Positions 60,177 through 64,000 of a DNA stretch of 64,000 bases are shown piece by piece (the stretch's first letter is position 1; each line of letters begins with the position of its first letter). A model generated the notes under the pieces. It saw only the letters and a list, made by a program, of their open reading frames with translations, did not search any database and was not told the DNA's origin. The stretch is from Eukaryota sp. TZLM1-RC (Eukaryota > Protista > Metamonada: BaSk clade), in contig JAUPSS010000011.1 in the NCBI GenBank assembly GCA_040285825.1, positions 372,001 to 436,000 on the forward strand, read 5' to 3'. The position numbers and the translations under genes are program-made.

Positions 60177-61199
60177 CTAATAAACAAGATTGTGTGGATA
60201 TTGATGTTTTTGGAGTTTCTGTGTGGATTGTGAAATCTTTTGATGAAAGTGTGTGGATTTTGCTCCATTTTGAAGAAAAATGTGGAAAATGAATTTATCC
60301 CTTGATTTAAATTGAATCAATGGATCAGGCTTGAAGCCACTAAGACTAGACTCAATTTTTTTGACCTTATTCGGTTTCAATAATTTTTTGTCAAAATTTT
60401 CCTGTTCTCGATATTCAACAATGTATTTTCAATACAAATTTCTCGGTTCAGTACTTTTTGTTGTTTTTTTCGATTACGCTGTGATGTTTGTTGGTCAAAA
60501 ATCGCTTTTCTCATAATTTTTTCATGGAGGAGTTGATTTAAAAATAGATCTTCTCTTTTTGGGATCAAAATTTGCTTCAACATCTCCATCCATTGTTAAA
60601 TCAACAGTAAATGGGTTTGTTGATAGAAGATGTTGGCAGCTTCTGGATTGAAAACATAAATTATAAACATAATAATCAAACTCAACATTATTAAAACAAC
60701 AATTTAAGACACAACAACTTATATCTAAAATGCAAATACCTAAACCACAAAAAACAACAAAATCAAAAACATCAAAATAACAATTCAAAACAAAACATAA
60801 ACAAAAGATACATCCAGTATCTAAGGTGATTAGCACCATGGCTGATTCAACAACACCCATATCATGACTCACATGATGACTGAAAAAAGTGTAATACTCT
60901 ACCCCCACAAAAGGATCAGAACGACGATTCCGATAGGAAATCGAGGGTCTGACCTTCCGTTTATTTATGTAAATCCGGATGACTGTTCCCGACTGAGGAG
61001 TTCGAGAGGAAGTACTCTGCTGTTCTGTGAAGAACAGGTTGATGGAGGAAGTGGGAACCAGGTCCGTAACCTCGTTATCCTTTTTCTCGTTTCGCTGCAT
61101 GATGTTAGAAGAATGGGAAGAGACAAGATAATCTCACTGTCTTAATTTTATAAAAAAATTTTATTTTGAAACGCATACAAAACAACTGAACAAAAAACT

Positions 61200-61335
61200 A
61201 GAACTCAATATCCTCAATACACGCATCAACATCATCAAACCTCTTGAATGCGCGATTCTCGTACTCTATTCCTAATTGTAACAGTGTCTTGGTTATCATT
61301 TCGGGAATTGCTTTAAGGATACTGAAAACAAGGAA
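61200..61335 (-). mobile_element. RLE retrotransposon extreme 3' end
   Basis: VFSILKAIPEMI...FDDVDACIEDIEF, homologous to the family B terminus. Confidence 0.65.
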
Positions 61336-61593
61336 TATACAGAGAACTGTGATGACTATAGTATAAGTCTATCTAAGATGTAATAACTTAAATAATGTAA
61401 ATATGAGTATTGCGAATGTACTTTGTTTGTGTTGATCTACGGTACACAGAATCCTTGACCCAGTCATTGGAATGGAGAAAATGTTGTTATGATCACTTGT
61501 GATGTTGTTATGATCTGAAATGATACATTGTGTCGAACAAATGGTGTAAACAAACAACTTTATCACATTTACAGAGAACTATACAAGGAGAGG

Positions 61594-61869
61594 TTAACAT
61601 TTTCCTATCATGCGGCAAATTTGGTTTGGGATATATCCAGAAGCAAACAGATCCGCAATTGTGTTGATATATCGGCTCACATGTTCTTCACACATATCTG
61701 CGTACTGAGGACCGCTGCAAACATCGTGAATTATGGTGTATATTTGTCGAGAGGACATATCTCGATGAATTCGTGAATTGACTGCAGCCAAAACGGTCTG
61801 GCATTCATCACAGCCTTGAGCCAAGCTGAGTGTGAACAGTATTGCAAAGATAGCAAGTAGTCGTGTCAT
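61594..61869 (-). CDS. Secreted single-domain saposin-B / amoebapore-like protein
   Basis: Signal peptide then CxxC...C...C...Y...PxxIC...C six-Cys saposin pattern. Confidence 0.9.
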   Translation of the reverse strand: MTRLLAIFAILFTLSLAQGCDECQTVLAAVNSRIHRDMSSRQIYTIIHDVCSGPQYADMCEEHVSRYINTIADLFASGYIPNQICRMIGKC

Positions 61870-61984
61870 TCTTATAGATATTGGCACAATGGGATAAGTA
61901 GGGATGCAGTTTATTGAAAACACGTAATTTTGTCACGATTTCGTCACGATTACATCACAAAATAAATAAGCAAATAATGAAGGT

Positions 61985-62500
61985 TCTCGTTTGTTAGTTC
62001 CAAATTGTAGTCCATATTTGAATGAGTTATCTTGTGAGCTCGAAAGATTACCTCCACAAATCTGGATTAAATGTATTCTCCAATCAATTCAAGAAAATCC
62101 GAACCGATCTCTTTTTAATTTGCAGTTTTGCTGTAAAAAGCTTCAACAAAAATTGGCAAACATTTTTGAAAGCTTGGATTTTGTTGTCAGACTTGCCTTG
62201 ATCAGGAAAAAGAATCCCGCTTTTGCAAATCTTTTACAAGATATGTGTGATCCTACAAGTTTATGGCACTCTATTAACTGATTCTGCCTGGACTTTGAAT
62301 ATGAATTTCATAATATTTTCTGGCCTGATAATTTACCTCAAAATTTAATTTGTAAATGTAGTCAAAAAATTACAATTACTCTTTTGTTAAATTGTAAACA
62401 TTTTATTACTTTTAAAAGCAAGGTTCATGATGCTGTAAGAGACCAATTATATTGTATGTGCAAGTCTCATAGAAGTGAATCTTTTCTGTAGCCGTCAAAC
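61985..62500 (+). mobile_element. CRE-like retrotransposon fragment
   Basis: KKLQQKLA, CKC...VNC...H knuckle region. Confidence 0.65.
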
Positions 62501-63078
62501 ATGTTTGGTTCATGTAAAATACAATTTGTATCCATTTGTATTTTCTTTATTTCGTGCACTTGCTTCCACCGCTTTACGTTTTTTGACAGATTTTGAATTA
62601 ATTGTAGAACGAATGGAAATTTTAACAGATTGTTTTGGCAAAGTAAAACAGTTCCTCTTTGGGAAAAACAATCTTTTGAGAAGGCACCATCTTCATGAGC
62701 CTTCAAGTAACTTTCATTATTGCAAGTTTTCAATTTTCCCTCCTTAGCAACTTTTTTTTGTGGCTTAATTTGTTGTATCCACCACAAATTGACAAGTAAT
62801 GGAAGGGTTTAAGTGTGTGTGATTTAGTTCTCTTTTTTTATTTGATCAATATCTGTTCTGTTGATTAAATAGTGATGATGCTCGTGACATCAAAAGCAAT
62901 TTGACAGCAAACTCTAAAACCAATATTTTCACATGTAGCATGTAGCAAACTGCATTAATAAAATGAGTTTGTAGATTTGAATGAGGACAAGACTGACTTA
63001 TTAATCAAAGACAAAATGATTTAAATAACATTAAATTAAATACAAGAGCAACTACGAAGCTACCAAAATCTGAAGAGT

Positions 63079-63479
63079 CTAGGTACTACCAACTGGTGAT
63101 GTCAAAACAGCACTGTAGTTTACTAAAAACTTTGCATGTGTATCAACAAGATCCAAATCTGAGATAAGCCAAAACAACAAAACAAACCTAAATCAGTGGC
63201 AAAGGGAATGACCTCTTCTACATCTATAAGAGTGTCTGGACTGTTAATAGTGCCTACAAAGTCAGCAGAACGACCAACCAGTGCACGCATTTGACGGTCT
63301 ATATCAGAAAAGATAACGTACTTGGTGGAATTACCAGGAATAGTTACTTCCAAGGCCTCACTACCTTGATAATTTGTGACTTTTGTTATTTTAGCAGAAA
63401 GTGTGACCTGTCGACTAATGTATTCATTCCAAAGAGTTGCATTGACTGGAGGAGGTGTGGCGTAAGCTGTGTGGTCCAT
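63079..63479 (-). CDS. RPA3: Replication protein A 14-kDa subunit (RPA3)-like OB fold, 2 exons
   Basis: PPVNATLWNEYISRQVTLSAKI, ADFVGTI, F..D.DL C-terminal helix after splicing the 29-nt intron 63159-63187. Confidence 0.7.
63159..63187 (-). other. 29-nt spliceosomal intron (RPA3)
   Basis: GTTTGT...GCTTATCTCAG. Confidence 0.8.
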
Positions 63480-63789
63480 TCTTTCAGATATTGGTCCAGC
63501 AGAAGTGTATGAGATATTCTTATAAGATTTGCAAAGTAGCTTGAATACTTTTCACTTTCTGTGTCTTAGTTCCGACTTTATTCATATATTTCGATCCACA
63601 AATCCTCTTATTACTAGGCCTTTGGCCCAGATGTTTAATGAATTACGTGCAAAAGTTTTAATTTGACGGTCTTTTGAACCAAATTAAACAAAAATTAGGC
63701 ATAAGTTTATTAATTATTGGATAATTTATATTTACCTTATGTCATCGTAGTAACTGATAACATGCTTGGCTGTAGTCTCAGAAATGTAT

Positions 63790-64000
63790 TTTTATCAATA
63801 GAAAAGGGCTTTCTCCTTACCTTGCTTGTCGGGCTCGTCAATTGGCGTCTAACGTGAAGACAAGTTTTCCTAAAATTTGTCAATCCTGGACAAAAAACTT
63901 TTTTCGTGCTCATTGTAGAGCTCTAGATAAAACAAATGTCTTTGTCAATTATATGCTCTCTTTTACCAGATGAACCATTAGCCCAACCCGAGGAAGTAGT
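63790..64000 (+). pseudogene. Second copy of the 4630-6544 Fanzor family (internal fragment, runs off the window)
   Basis: Close nucleotide match to ~5003-5212. Confidence 0.85.

Noticed and set aside
60522-61100. 192-aa minus-strand ORF
   Set aside because: The C-terminal half is low-complexity T/G-rich sequence with no recognisable domain; probably TE-derived
61481-61516. Short tandem repeats (also 36266-36300, 53024-53041, G-run 38986-38997)
   Set aside because: Simple slippage repeats with no spacer structure, so not CRISPR-like

Overview
This is AT-rich, gene-dense eukaryotic (protist-like) DNA. It holds about 16 compact host genes: a CPBP-like membrane protein, coronin, AIR9, THUMP/Tan1, an RMI2-like OB fold, a PQ-loop transporter, MRE11, a CFAP141-like protein, a divergent alpha-adaptin, PP2A-B56, a Cys-rich/YaaW-like protein, FAM76, CorA, a cullin, TOP3A, a saposin and RPA3. 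Seven of these genes contain eight very small (26-31 nt) GT-AG introns with a near-fixed branch-point-to-3' splice site spacing. Intergenic DNA is a patchwork of decayed mobile elements: many CRE/R2-like RLE non-LTR retrotransposon pieces, one GC-richer Ty3/Gypsy element with a ~550-aa unknown insertion, a MULE transposase, and at least six pieces of Fanzor (eukaryotic TnpB-like RNA-guided nuclease) genes. The most striking pattern is that three unrelated Fanzor ORFs are each followed by a strongly base-paired, G-U-containing RNA-like block (candidate omegaRNA; GNRA loops in two of them). Each block ends 20-70 nt upstream of the start codon of a co-oriented host gene. Several similar structured blocks occur without a nuclease ORF. 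All calls come from reading motifs and base pairing by eye; no searches or folding programs were run.
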